Assembly: GCA_030599585.1 (NCBI GenBank)
Contig: JAUVNS010000014.1
Span: forward strand, 42,028-106,027
Direction: 5' to 3'
DNA: 64,000 nt
DNA from: Promethearchaeota archaeon
Lineage (GTDB): Archaea; Asgardarchaeota; Lokiarchaeia; Sigyniarchaeales; SOKP01
The notes under the pieces: generated by a model
What the model saw: the letters and a program-made list of their open reading frames with translations, nothing else
What the model was told of the DNA's origin: nothing
The model's database searches: none
Shown here: piece by piece, positions 1 to 10,285 of the stretch
Numbering within the stretch: the first letter of the stretch is position 1
How the letters are laid out: every line of letters begins with the position of its first letter
Translations under genes and position numbers: made by a program

Positions 1-472
1 AAGCTTCCATTCCAATTAATGTAATAGCATTAGCCCCTGCTCTTCCTGCCGAAATTGCATGTCTTAGTAAAGCACATTTATGAAACCAGAAACACCCTGC
101 TTCTTTTATTCTTTTTCCAAGATGCGTTGCTTGATACGCTGAGGTAGTAAAAACTTTTATTCCTTCGTCAATAGCAATTTCCAGATACTTTAAGTAATCT
201 TCTTTGGAAACATGACTAAGAGGATCAAATGTTCTTACTCCGGGTGGTAAGACAGTCAAATTAACGCCAAAAGGCTTATCCGTCAATTCTCTCATTTTTA
301 TAAGCTCTGATTTAAAATTGCTGATTTTATAATTTAAACCAGTAATAATCCCTAATCCTCCAGCGTTTGAAAAAGAAGCTGCAAATTCGGTTCGTCCTAA
401 ACCTGCAAATGCCGCCATAATTAAAGGGTATTTAGTACCCATCATTTTATTTATAGATGTGCTCCAAATCAA
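1..472 (-). CDS. Nitronate monooxygenase / FabK-like flavoprotein (5' part; runs off the window start)
   Basis: Manual translation: MIWSTSINKMMGTKYPLIMAAFAGLGRTEFAASFSNAGGLGIIT...TDKPFGVNL...AGANAITLIGMEA, the typical NMO N-terminus. TTG start at 472 assumed. Confidence 0.85.
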   Translation of the reverse strand, partial: MIWSTSINKMMGTKYPLIMAAFAGLGRTEFAASFSNAGGLGIITGLNYKISNFKSELIKMRELTDKPFGVNLTVLPPGVRTFDPLSHVSKEDYLKYLEIAIDEGIKVFTTSAYQATHLGKRIKEAGCFWFHKCALLRHAISAGRAGANAITLIGMEA

Positions 473-478
473 TCCAAA

Positions 479-1348
479 TCACTCTTTAATTCCTAATATC
501 GTAGAAGCATTTTGTCCCATAATCCTCTTTTTAAATCCTTCTGAAATGGGTAAATTTTTTGCAGCGGGTACTATTTTATTCCAATGAACTAAGGGATGAT
601 CAGATCCAAAAAGGATCTTATGTTCAATATTATATTTTACATAAGCATCCCAAGGAAAATATTGATAAAGATCAGGATTGGCAGAAATATCTGCATACAC
701 ATTTGGATGCCTCAATAATACAGAATATGTGTCCCAGAACCAAGGAACTCCCATGTGCCCAATTATAATAGTTAAATCTTCGTTTCGCATTGCCATTTCA
801 TCTATGAGCAGAGGATGACCGTATTTTGCTATAGCTCCTCCAGTGCTTACTTGATGTCCACCGTGCGTCCATAATGGTAAATTATTATCAACCATTTTCC
901 GCCATAGCGGATCGTATTTTTTATCTGAGATATCAAATTTCTGAGCTGGTGGGACAAGTTTAATGCCCTTTAAATTCAAGGAAGAGATTGCATATTCTAG
1001 TTGTTCCATAGCGTCCGAAGCAGGGGGATCAATGCCTGCAAATCCAATTAGCCTATTAGGGTGTAATTTAACAAGATTTGCTACATCGTCGTTCGTAACA
1101 AGAGTTATGCCATACGCAGTCTTGATATTAAAACTTACAATAACAGATTTATCAATACCGAATTTATCCATTAAAACGATGTAATTATCAATTGAGATAT
1201 TTTCTTTCAAGTATTTAAAAGCTCTGTACATGTATTTTTCTTTTTGAGCGTCCAACCCATACATAGCTTTACAGATTTTTTTCGGATCATCCCAACTAAC
1301 TTCCTTACATAGAGGATGTACATGCATATCTATAATCAATCTTTTCAC
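479..1348 (-). CDS. Amidohydrolase family 2 metallohydrolase
   Basis: IIDMHVH (HxH), GIKL, HGGH, GHMG, LFGSDHP motifs. Confidence 0.9.
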   Translation of the reverse strand: MKRLIIDMHVHPLCKEVSWDDPKKICKAMYGLDAQKEKYMYRAFKYLKENISIDNYIVLMDKFGIDKSVIVSFNIKTAYGITLVTNDDVANLVKLHPNRLIGFAGIDPPASDAMEQLEYAISSLNLKGIKLVPPAQKFDISDKKYDPLWRKMVDNNLPLWTHGGHQVSTGGAIAKYGHPLLIDEMAMRNEDLTIIIGHMGVPWFWDTYSVLLRHPNVYADISANPDLYQYFPWDAYVKYNIEHKILFGSDHPLVHWNKIVPAAKNLPISEGFKKRIMGQNASTILGIKE

Positions 1349-1473
1349 TCCACTCGATTAATCTCAAACTATTAGGTTAATTAAATTAAAATTTTTACAT
1401 AAAGAAATAATCTATAGTTTTTTAAACTTTGATATAATATTTTTTTTATATTATTTGTAAGTTTGGGATTTTT

Positions 1474-1911
1474 ATGAACGATCTTGAAGCTCAAAAATTA
1501 GAAATTATGCGAGCATTAGCTACTTATCGAAATGGGAAGAATTACGACGTTTATATGATTCATTTTAAATGTGACAATGTGTTTAGATTTACGGGTAATA
1601 AACCAACCTTTTATAAGGTGTTGGATTTACTTGTAAAGGAAGATTTAGTCCGAATTATCCCTTATGATGTTGAAACATGTCAGAGGGATGTTTATGAGTT
1701 GACAGAAAAAGCTAAAACAAAATATGGAATAGACGTATCTGATCGATCGTATCATATCCCACGGGAAAGAGAGCCAGAAAAATATGTTAATTCTGCTGGA
1801 CAAATAGTAGGAACAAAAAAAGCTATGACTAAGGGAGAACTTTACGCAGTATTAGTAGGAATTTGCATAGTTACCATGATGGCAATACCTGTGTTGATAT
1901 TTCTCGCATGA
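1474..1911 (+). CDS. Winged-helix (PadR-like) protein with C-terminal transmembrane helix
   Basis: TFYKVLDLLVKEDLVR...RDVYELTEKAK winged-helix pattern; hydrophobic C-terminus LYAVLVGICIVTMMAIPVLIFLA. Confidence 0.6.
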   Translation: MNDLEAQKLEIMRALATYRNGKNYDVYMIHFKCDNVFRFTGNKPTFYKVLDLLVKEDLVRIIPYDVETCQRDVYELTEKAKTKYGIDVSDRSYHIPREREPEKYVNSAGQIVGTKKAMTKGELYAVLVGICIVTMMAIPVLIFLA

Positions 1912-2134
1912 TAGATAATTTTTACTAAATTCAAATTATAAGAGCTCATATGCTTCATTTTTAAGTGTTTAACCTTCGATTGTTCTGAAATATATATAAG
2001 TTTCGCTCATTCAATTGTTATTTGAACGGTACCATTCAATTGAAGATTGATGTATGAGAAAAAAAAATGAAATATGAACACCGACTATCATAGTAATAAC
2101 CTTTAATTTTAGTTGAATTGATAAGTTAGAAAAT

Positions 2135-3466
2135 TTATAAAAAATTATCCATCGTTCTCTGATTTTTAACGAAATTAATAAGTTTACTACTTTGTTTCCA
2201 GTATTTGTAGCTTACCATGAACCCCTCTGCCATTTTTTTTGTTGAATCGTTAAAATTGTCAAGGATTAGAGGATTTCCTTTCGCCATAGCATCTTTAATA
2301 GACTCTCTGATAACCCATACACCTAAGGGTACGATATAACCACCTTGTACTTCGCGAAAGATTAGAACTCTAGCTTGTCTACCAATTTTATATAAATACT
2401 CGCAAACCTCTTTTCGAGCCGCATAATAAGCACCAGTGATATTGCTCGCGTAATTCTTTCTGCCTTTGTAGAACTCAAAATCGGTCATTATCTGAGGTTT
2501 TAAGCTACGATTATCTCCATCAAGAGAGATGTTCCATAAAGTATTAGGAGCCCATACCTCGTTCATCTCGTAAGTAAACTTGCCGGGAAAAAGTAGTATT
2601 TTAAAGTGATTATCTAGGTAAGTACTTTCAAATATACGATAATCGTTAATCTCAGGAAATTTTTTTATTTCTTTAATCAATGCTTTAGAGATAATATCAT
2701 CGACTGCAGTTATACTCCATCGTGTGGGAACAATTCTACGCTTTGTTTTTTTACCCAATAACCCAGCTGAAAAAACTCTCTTAATTGTTGATTCTGGAAC
2801 ATGTCCTTTAAAGTAGAGATATTCTGACACCGCTTCAGTTGCATTTAAATCTGTATCGGAAACGACATAATCTACTTTTGGGTGGATTTTAGTATTTTCT
2901 GTAATTCTTATCTTCTCAGTCGTTCCGGTAGGTCCCATAGGCAACGAGTGATTATCCATCATCATTCTAAGACTCATTTTCTCCAACTTTGTTTCAGTAT
3001 CTACAGGACGGGCTGCCATCGATAACTCCTGTGAGGTCTCCAGTAATCTTTGAATTTTTAAAGAAGGTGTGTTTTTACGACTCTTTTTTCCAATATTAAC
3101 GTCGATTTTAAAATTATTACGCACTAAACTACTTCTATATTTGACGATTTCAAGTAAACTTTTGCCAAACCACAATTCGGGAGCATCTAAAATGTGATAA
3201 TCTGAAATGTTTAAGTCTATTTCGAATTCTTGAAAGGGAACTAGCGGACCGAGATATACTTTTGGATAATTAAAATGTCCAACGAAAAATCCAGGAGGGC
3301 TTGGTCCAGACAGTTCAACATTCCGAAGAGTTTTATCAAGCTCAAACGGAACTAAAGATTTCATAACAGACTTTTTTAATAAGATTGGGCATGTTTTTTT
3401 ACCACATAGCAAACGTGAACCTTTACATCGCAAGCAGATATTTTTTTCTGTGGGAGGTCGAACCAA
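2135..3466 (-). CDS. nreA: Archaeal DNA repair protein NreA (PCNA-interacting)
   Basis: CLRCKGSRLLCGKKTCP N-terminus, RRIVPTRWSITAVDD, GAYYAAR, PLGVWVIRE; C-terminal PIP box QRTMDNFL. Confidence 0.92.
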   Translation of the reverse strand: MVRPPTEKNICLRCKGSRLLCGKKTCPILLKKSVMKSLVPFELDKTLRNVELSGPSPPGFFVGHFNYPKVYLGPLVPFQEFEIDLNISDYHILDAPELWFGKSLLEIVKYRSSLVRNNFKIDVNIGKKSRKNTPSLKIQRLLETSQELSMAARPVDTETKLEKMSLRMMMDNHSLPMGPTGTTEKIRITENTKIHPKVDYVVSDTDLNATEAVSEYLYFKGHVPESTIKRVFSAGLLGKKTKRRIVPTRWSITAVDDIISKALIKEIKKFPEINDYRIFESTYLDNHFKILLFPGKFTYEMNEVWAPNTLWNISLDGDNRSLKPQIMTDFEFYKGRKNYASNITGAYYAARKEVCEYLYKIGRQARVLIFREVQGGYIVPLGVWVIRESIKDAMAKGNPLILDNFNDSTKKMAEGFMVSYKYWKQSSKLINFVKNQRTMDNFL

Positions 3467-3769
3467 TCTCGTGTCTCTTTAAAAATTATTATCTTTATTA
3501 GAAAATATCCTATTTATTATTAAAAAGGTAGACGAGTATAAATTTTTAATATTTATAAAAGAATTAGTATAAATTTTTTATTGAGTGTACGTGTTGTTGA
3601 TGTTCCATTTAAGATTTTTGGATGATTACTCAGTAAATATTCGAAGCGATAAAGCATAATTGGACGATGTATGCTGAGCATCAATTTATATAGAATGCAA
3701 TCTAATAAGAATAATATAGAATGCTGTCTAATTAGAGTTAGGTTTTGCAAAACTATTGGAGGAATACTT

Positions 3770-4741
3770 ATGAAAGCGATTGTATGGACAAAATACGGAG
3801 CTCCGGATGTTCTTCAGCTCCAAGAGATAGAAAAACCTACTCCCAAGGACAACGAAGTACTGATAAAAGTATTAGCGGCAACTGTAACCGCTGGGGATTG
3901 TGAAGTTCGAAGTTCCAAATTCCCTCTCTGGTTATGGATCATCATGCGATTATATATTGGTCTCAGAAAACCAAAAAGAATAACTATACTAGGGCAGGAG
4001 CTAGCCGGTAAAATTGAATCAGTAGGTAAAGATGTAACACTATTTAAGAAAGGTGACCAAATTTTTGCATCACCATTTTTTGGTTCTTATGCTGAGTATA
4101 TGTGTTTGCCTGAAGACGGGGTGTTGGCAATAAAACCGGCTAATATGACCTATGAGGAAGCCGCCACCGTTCCTACCGGGGGGTTTACTTCATTGCATTT
4201 TCTTAGAAAAGGAAATATCCAGAGCGGACAAAGGGTTTTGATTAACGGTGCAGGTGGAAGCATAGGTACTATTGGTGTACAGCTTGCCAAGTACTTTGGG
4301 GGTGAAGTGACTGCCGTGGATAGCACGATGAAATTGGACATGTTGCGCTCCATTGGTGCAGACAAGGTCATAGATTACACTCAAGAAGATTTCACCAAAA
4401 ACGGTGAGACCTATGATGTTATTTTTGACATAGTAGGTAAGAGTTCGTTTTCAGGTAGTATAAAATCACTAAAGAAAAAAGGATTTTATCTTATAGCTAA
4501 CCCTACGCTGTCAAAGATGGTTCGAGGGAAATGGACTTCAATGATTAGCAGCAAGAAAGTAATAACTAAGATGGCAAAAGATAATATTGAAGATCTAAAC
4601 TTTTTTAGAGAGCTTATTGAGGCGGGGAACCTAAAAACAGTCATAGATAGACGCTATCCGTTGGAACAAATTATCGAGGCTCACAGCTATGTTGACACAG
4701 GGCAGAAAACGGGAAATGTAGTAATAACTTTTGGACTATAA
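3770..4741 (+). CDS. NAD(P)-dependent MDR-family (quinone/enoyl reductase-like) oxidoreductase, copy 1
   Basis: [15 protein letters not shown] start after GGAGG RBS (true start 3770, not 3671); [11 protein letters not shown] dinucleotide-binding motif. Confidence 0.9.
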   Translation: MKAIVWTKYGAPDVLQLQEIEKPTPKDNEVLIKVLAATVTAGDCEVRSSKFPLWLWIIMRLYIGLRKPKRITILGQELAGKIESVGKDVTLFKKGDQIFASPFFGSYAEYMCLPEDGVLAIKPANMTYEEAATVPTGGFTSLHFLRKGNIQSGQRVLINGAGGSIGTIGVQLAKYFGGEVTAVDSTMKLDMLRSIGADKVIDYTQEDFTKNGETYDVIFDIVGKSSFSGSIKSLKKKGFYLIANPTLSKMVRGKWTSMISSKKVITKMAKDNIEDLNFFRELIEAGNLKTVIDRRYPLEQIIEAHSYVDTGQKTGNVVITFGL

Positions 4742-4809
4742 TAACAAAATCTAACATTTTGGGACAATTTTTAAAAATTTGTATCAATCAAAAAAGGAAG
4801 GATAAATAA

Positions 4810-5787
4810 ATGAAAGCGATTGTATACACAAAATACGGATCACCGGATGTTCTTCAGCTCAAAGAGGTAGAAAAACCTACTCCGAAGGATAATGAAGTAC
4901 TGGTAAAAATTCATGTAGCATCCTTAAATGCAGCTGACTTAGATTACATGAGAGGTAACGCCTTAATCCGCTTCGGAGGGCTTCGAAAGCCAAAATACAA
5001 GATACTCGGATCGGATGTAGCTGGACGGATTGAAGCAGTTGGCAAAAACGTAAAGCAATTTCAGCCGGGTGATGAGATATTTGGGGACTCATTCGGTTGT
5101 GGTTTTGGCGCTTTTGCTGAGTGGGTATGTGTTCCTGAAAATAAATTAGCGCTGAAACCGGCCAGTATGACTTTCGAGGAAGTAGCGACATTACCCCAAG
5201 CAGGGTTACTCGCCCTGCAGGGTCTTCGCGATAAAAGACAGATTCAGCCGGGGCAAAAAGTTTTGATTAATGGTGCGGGTGGTGGTACGGGTTCTTTTGC
5301 TGTGCAGATTGCCAAATCATTCGGGGCTGAAGTGACTGGCGTGGACAGCAAGGCGAAATTGGATATGATGCGCTCAATAGGTGCTGACCATGTCATTGAT
5401 TACACTCAAGAAGATTTCACTAAAAGTGGGCTGCGTTATGATCTGATTCTTGATGTTGTGGTATCTCGTTCGATTTCTGATTATAAGCATGTTTTAAGTC
5501 CCAAGGGAATTCTTCGCATGGTCGGAGGTTCCATGGCTCGAGTTTTCAAAGCTGTGTTACTAGGACCGTTGATTTCAAGGAGTAAGAAAATGAGTATTGT
5601 GGTGTGGAAATCAATGAAAAAAGAAGATTTGGTTTTTATGAAAGAGCTTTTTGAAGCCGGCAAAGTAGTACCTGTTATCGATAGGCGTTACCCGTTAAGT
5701 AAGGTTGCTGAAGCTCTCCGGTATCTTGAAGAAGGACACGTCCAAGGAAAAGTAGTCATAACTGTGGAAAATAATAACATAGCCTAA
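4810..5787 (+). CDS. MDR-family oxidoreductase, copy 2
   Basis: [26 protein letters not shown]; paralogue of the flanking copies. Confidence 0.9.
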   Translation: MKAIVYTKYGSPDVLQLKEVEKPTPKDNEVLVKIHVASLNAADLDYMRGNALIRFGGLRKPKYKILGSDVAGRIEAVGKNVKQFQPGDEIFGDSFGCGFGAFAEWVCVPENKLALKPASMTFEEVATLPQAGLLALQGLRDKRQIQPGQKVLINGAGGGTGSFAVQIAKSFGAEVTGVDSKAKLDMMRSIGADHVIDYTQEDFTKSGLRYDLILDVVVSRSISDYKHVLSPKGILRMVGGSMARVFKAVLLGPLISRSKKMSIVVWKSMKKEDLVFMKELFEAGKVVPVIDRRYPLSKVAEALRYLEEGHVQGKVVITVENNNIA

Positions 5788-5921
5788 CAAAGTAACTTTC
5801 CAGGACAATTTAAATAATAAAAAGAAATGGAAGAAAAAATGAAGACCATCGCATTAAGTTCTGAAGAGCAATATAATGAATAATATTATTACCAAAAATA
5901 ATTAATTATCATAGAAGTATT

Positions 5922-6806
5922 ATGGATGAAATTGACTTTATTATTCTTAAAAAACTAATAGAAAATTGTCGCGTGACATATAGAGAATTAGCGGAAATAA
6001 TCGATATGTCCATAACAACAATTCATAAACGAATGAAAAGTCTTGTAGACGGTGGGATTATCAATGCTTTTACTGCACGACCAAGCATAATAGCATTAAA
6101 AAGTCTGGTAGTTGTGATATTTGGCACTTCTAAAGCAAAATCATTGGAAGCTGTTAGTCAAGAGTTAGGGCAACATGAGAGCATTATGGGTATTGGCATA
6201 GCGGGAGGAAAATTTCTCAGTATAGCTGCTTATTTAAGGAATATATCAGAACTTCAAGAATTTAGTAGTTATGTCTCAAATACGGGTCAGATCAGTGAGC
6301 CAATAATAGGAATAGTTAATGTACCTTACATGACAACACCAGAACCACTAACAACTATTGATTATAAAATTCTAAAGAGTTTGAATAGAGATGCAAGGAA
6401 AACGATAATAGATATTGCTGAAGATGTAGGAGTCTCTGCTAAAACTATTAGAAAACGATTAGGTCGAATGATTGAGAATAATCTAGCTGAATTTAGCATT
6501 GAATGGACACCTTTGTATAAAAATTGTTTTATAACAATTTTTCATCTATTTTTAAACGAAGGAACTAATATTAATTCTACAATTCAGCATCTTAACGAGA
6601 AATACTCTCAGAATATTTCTTATTGCACTAGCTATAGTAATATTCCACACTTTATTTCAATGGACACATGGGGAAAAAATCCTCAAGACTTCCAGAAAAT
6701 TCATGAAGAGCTGCAAACCGAAGGATTCAAAGATATCATTCCATATATAGTTCACTCAGTAAAGTATTTTGATTGTTGGGTAGATCAATTACTTAGAACT
6801 AAATGA
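5922..6806 (+). CDS. Lrp/AsnC-family regulator with two HTH-RAM repeats
   Basis: MDEIDFIILKKLIENCRVTYRELA and IDYKILKSLNRDARKTIIDIA AsnC-type HTHs. Confidence 0.88.
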   Translation: MDEIDFIILKKLIENCRVTYRELAEIIDMSITTIHKRMKSLVDGGIINAFTARPSIIALKSLVVVIFGTSKAKSLEAVSQELGQHESIMGIGIAGGKFLSIAAYLRNISELQEFSSYVSNTGQISEPIIGIVNVPYMTTPEPLTTIDYKILKSLNRDARKTIIDIAEDVGVSAKTIRKRLGRMIENNLAEFSIEWTPLYKNCFITIFHLFLNEGTNINSTIQHLNEKYSQNISYCTSYSNIPHFISMDTWGKNPQDFQKIHEELQTEGFKDIIPYIVHSVKYFDCWVDQLLRTK

Positions 6807-7083
6807 AAGAATAGTTTTTTATATTCCAAAATTTAACCTAAATCACTAAAATTTTGATACTTTTAGTTCCCAAATTTTACCTTAGAATAGAAAAATTTAG
6901 AGTTTTTTGAGATTTTAGATTGTTTTTAATCTTAAGATTTTATGATAAAATACCTTTTCCTTCAATTTAATGACTATAAGCTTCCATAGTTAATTTTTTT
7001 AATTATTTAGTAAACATGGTTTTATTAGAGTTTTAATCGGTATTAAATTTAATAATAAAAAATATTTAAAAAGGTGATAAAAA

Positions 7084-8019
7084 GTGAAAGCAATGGTATA
7101 TACAAAATACGGGGGTCCGGAGGTTTTTCATCTCAAGGAGGTAGAAAAACCTACTCCCAAGGAAAATGAAATACTGGTAAAAGTATATGCGACAACAGTA
7201 AATGCAGCGGTGAAGAATAGTCGAAGAGGTATACACCCAGATTCCAAATTTTTTACTCTCGCGTTGCGATTAATGATGGGTCTCAGAAAGCCAAGAAAAC
7301 CTATACTAGGGTATGAGCTAGCCGGGGAAATTGAAGCAGTAGGCAAAGATGTAAAACTATTTAAGAAAGGGGACCAAGTTTTTGGTAGTACCACCGGGTT
7401 GAAGAATGGTGCTTATGCTGAGTACGTATGTCTGCCAGAAGAATGGAAGCAAGGGATGGTGGCAATAAAACCGGTCAATATGACCTTTGAGGAGGCCGCT
7501 GCTGTTAGTACTGGAGCAACTACAGCGTTGTGCTTTCTTAGAAAAGGAAATATCCAGAGCGGACAAAAAGTTCTTATCTATGGAGCTTCTGGAAGTAATG
7601 GTACTTTTGCGGTACAGCTTGCCAAGTACTTTGGGGCAGAAGTTACCGGAGTATGCAGTACCACAAATTTAGAATTAGTTAAATCTTTGGGAGCCGATAA
7701 TGTAATTGACTACACCAAAGAGGATTTTGCAGAAAGAGGAGAGCTTTATGATCTCATTTTTGATGCCGTTGGAAAAAGCTCAGCTTCACATTGTAAGAAG
7801 GCATTAGCTCCGAACGGGAAATTCGTAACAGTTAAAAAAGGATACTTTAAGGAAACGAATGAGCTTTTAATTTTTCTAAGAGAGCTTATTGAGGAGGGAA
7901 AGCTAAAATCGGCCATAGATAGGAGCTATCCCTTGGAACAAATGGTCGAAGCTCATACCTACGTTGATAAAGGGCACAAAAAGGGAAATGTAGTAATTAC
8001 AATAGAGGGCGTGGTATAA
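7084..8019 (+). CDS. MDR-family oxidoreductase, copy 3
   Basis: GTG start 6 nt after GGTGA; [11 protein letters not shown]; [10 protein letters not shown]. Confidence 0.9.
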   Translation: MKAMVYTKYGGPEVFHLKEVEKPTPKENEILVKVYATTVNAAVKNSRRGIHPDSKFFTLALRLMMGLRKPRKPILGYELAGEIEAVGKDVKLFKKGDQVFGSTTGLKNGAYAEYVCLPEEWKQGMVAIKPVNMTFEEAAAVSTGATTALCFLRKGNIQSGQKVLIYGASGSNGTFAVQLAKYFGAEVTGVCSTTNLELVKSLGADNVIDYTKEDFAERGELYDLIFDAVGKSSASHCKKALAPNGKFVTVKKGYFKETNELLIFLRELIEEGKLKSAIDRSYPLEQMVEAHTYVDKGHKKGNVVITIEGVV

Positions 8020-8021
8020 GT

Positions 8022-8381
8022 ATGGACGATGTGAAGGTAATACTTTCATTCATATGGGTAGCTTTAATGTTATGTTTTTTGTTAGGTGATGTGATGCGAA
8101 TATTTGCTGGAGATTTTGAACCAGGAAAATTAGAAGGTAAACCAATGTCTCAGAAAGTGTACTTGGGATTATCAATAATGATGGTGATTCCGATTCTTAT
8201 GGTTGTCCTGACCCTGACATTGGATTATCCTATTAATAGCTGGGTAAACATCATCGTAGCCATTATCTTTTTTGGTTTTAATCTCATTGGAATGAGGGGT
8301 ATGAAGATTTATGATAAATTTTTGATCATTGTAAGTCTTGGGTTTAATGTACTGACTGTTTGGTATGCATTTACTTGGTGA
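8022..8381 (+). CDS. Small four-TM membrane protein (DUF6326-like)
   Basis: DVKVILSFIWVALMLCFLLGDV pattern and four hydrophobic segments; starts 2 nt after the MDR gene. Confidence 0.65.
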   Translation: MDDVKVILSFIWVALMLCFLLGDVMRIFAGDFEPGKLEGKPMSQKVYLGLSIMMVIPILMVVLTLTLDYPINSWVNIIVAIIFFGFNLIGMRGMKIYDKFLIIVSLGFNVLTVWYAFTW

Positions 8382-8500
8382 AAAAAATGGAAAAAAAAAG
8401 GTTATGATATCAACGACATCGCTCGAGTGCTAATGGTGCTCTGAAATTGTATGATAGGTAAATTCTATCATTTTTTTTACTATGAAAAAGGTGAATAAAA

Positions 8501-9001
8501 ATAAAACTATGGATAATATATAAGAACGGAATAGGATTCTCGAAGATTATTGCTGAAATGCTCCAGGATCTCTTGGAAGATTACCTTGATGTAGATGTAG
8601 GAAGGGTAAAAAAGATTGATCCTGCTTATTTGGTTGAAGAAAGGGTAGATTTTTTGATAATTGGAGATATTATCAGTAAAGAAATCTCGAACTTGGAAAT
8701 TCAAAATTGGTTGCTTAAATATGGGGAAATTACAAATATCAATAATTTCATTGTTAAAGCTATGTCAGGTTTTTATATTGCTCCTTCCGATATTAAAATC
8801 GAACCCCTCTGGGTTGAATCTCTTCAAGAGAATATAAACGCTGAAACGATTTATCCACCAATACTTCGTTTAAAGCTAAATAAAGCAGGTTTAGCATTAG
8901 AAAATAGAGCTCTTGATATAGTTAAAGAATATTCAAACGATTTTCTTGAATTTCTTATTAATAACAAAAAAAGAATAATAAAGAAGTTTATTGATGTATG
9001 A
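8501..9001 (+). CDS. Degenerate flavodoxin-fold protein, probably ATA-initiated
   Basis: Frame open upstream of ATG 8558 (IKLWIIYKNGIGFSKIIAEMLQDLL, a flavodoxin beta1-loop-alpha1 pattern) back to in-frame TGA 8492; GGTGA RBS 6 nt before ATA 8501. Confidence 0.6.
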   Translation: MKLWIIYKNGIGFSKIIAEMLQDLLEDYLDVDVGRVKKIDPAYLVEERVDFLIIGDIISKEISNLEIQNWLLKYGEITNINNFIVKAMSGFYIAPSDIKIEPLWVESLQENINAETIYPPILRLKLNKAGLALENRALDIVKEYSNDFLEFLINNKKRIIKKFIDV

Positions 9002-9073
9002 TGGGCATAACCAAGAAATTTTTAATATTTTATATTAAATAAGCACCATTCTATGAAAAGGCGATGATTAATA

Positions 9074-9445
9074 ATGAGTGATTATAATAAATATTCGATT
9101 GATCTTGAGGTAAAATTTAAGCCCTTAGAGATTATTGACATCTCAACTTTAGTAGCAAGCTGTTCAAAAAAATGGCAAAACTTATCTCTATGTAATGTTA
9201 ACGATTCTGTTTTAAGACTTGCCGTCATCGAGGGAGAATTTCATTGGCACAAACACGAAAAGGAAGACGAGTTCTTTTTCGTTATAGAAGGAGAGCTTTT
9301 AATTGATTTAGAGGATAAAACAGTAAGGTTAAAGCCCAATCAAGGTTTTACAGTACCAAAGGGATTAACCCACCGTACAAGAGCTCCAACCCGCACATCG
9401 GTTTTATTGATAGAAAAAAAAACTATCATACCAACTGGAGATTAA
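9074..9445 (+). CDS. Cupin domain protein
   Basis: EGEFHWHKHEKEDEFFFVIEG and VPKGLTHRT cupin motifs. Confidence 0.9.
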   Translation: MSDYNKYSIDLEVKFKPLEIIDISTLVASCSKKWQNLSLCNVNDSVLRLAVIEGEFHWHKHEKEDEFFFVIEGELLIDLEDKTVRLKPNQGFTVPKGLTHRTRAPTRTSVLLIEKKTIIPTGD

Positions 9446-9673
9446 TTTTTTTCATAATTTCTATACAAGTTTACAAAAAGGATTAAATAGGAAAGATTGA
9501 AGAAATCGAGGGTTTTTCTTACTAATTTTATATTTTATAATTTTAATACTGAATTTACTTAATCCTTAATCGTTGAGCGCTTAATCCTCTTAAGAATATT
9601 CATCGAGACATATAAATTTTCTAATTTTTATCTACTGATAATAATCCTTAGTTCCAAATAGAGGTAAAATAAT

Positions 9674-10027
9674 ATGACTGAAAGTTTAGATAAAGAAAAA
9701 CCTAAGGAAATAGAAAAAGAAGAAAGCAAACCCTCGAAATTAATAGCCTACCCCCAGATATGTGCTGTTGAAAACGATGATAGTACTGGATTTGATATAG
9801 AAGTTTTTTTACCAGGGGTTGATAAAGACACAGTTAAGCTGAAAATGGATAGTGAATACATCCAAGTTTCAGGTGAAACAGATACAGTAAAATACACAGG
9901 TTTTTATAGTTTATGTTGTCCTGTTGAACCAAAAAAAGCTAAAACGACATACAAAGAAGGGTTGCTTAAAATCCATGTTCCTTATAGGGAAATAGAAATG
10001 CATACTATAGATATTAAAATAGATTAA
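9674..10027 (+). CDS. hsp20: Small heat-shock protein (Hsp20/alpha-crystallin)
   Basis: EVFLPGVDKDTVKL, AKTTYKEGLLKIHVP, C-terminal IDIKID (IxI motif). Confidence 0.88.
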   Translation: MTESLDKEKPKEIEKEESKPSKLIAYPQICAVENDDSTGFDIEVFLPGVDKDTVKLKMDSEYIQVSGETDTVKYTGFYSLCCPVEPKKAKTTYKEGLLKIHVPYREIEMHTIDIKID

Positions 10028-10028
10028 T

Positions 10029-10046
10029 TTTTTTTTTTATTTTTTT
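10029..10046 (+). terminator. Oligo-T tract, probable archaeal intrinsic terminator
   Basis: Long T run immediately after the hsp20 stop. Confidence 0.5.
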
Positions 10047-10077
10047 AAAGTTTAACTCAATTGAGAAGGTGATACCT

Positions 10078-10242
10078 ATATCTCGCAAGTTGGAAGAATG
10101 TATAGAAAATATTGAGAAAAAGAAGGTTATGCCTCATAAAACTAGTAATCTCCTGAAAGATATCGAGTACGATTCTAGAGTCTTAAAAGAAGAAATATGT
10201 GAGAATTTAGATGTAGAAAATGATAAAGAGGTAAATGATTAG
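10078..10242 (+). CDS. Small acidic hypothetical protein (about 54 aa)
   Basis: AGGTGA RBS, then open frame ISRKLEECIENIEKKKVMPHK...KEVND*; start ATA 10078 or GTG 10069. Confidence 0.45.
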   Translation: MSRKLEECIENIEKKKVMPHKTSNLLKDIEYDSRVLKEEICENLDVENDKEVND

Positions 10243-10285
10243 CATCATTGTATCATTTCTAATCAAAATTATTTTTAATTTTTTT

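Noticed and set aside
3671-3769. 33-aa N-terminal extension of MDR copy 1
   Set aside because: Paralogues begin at MKA, and a GGAGG RBS precedes ATG 3770
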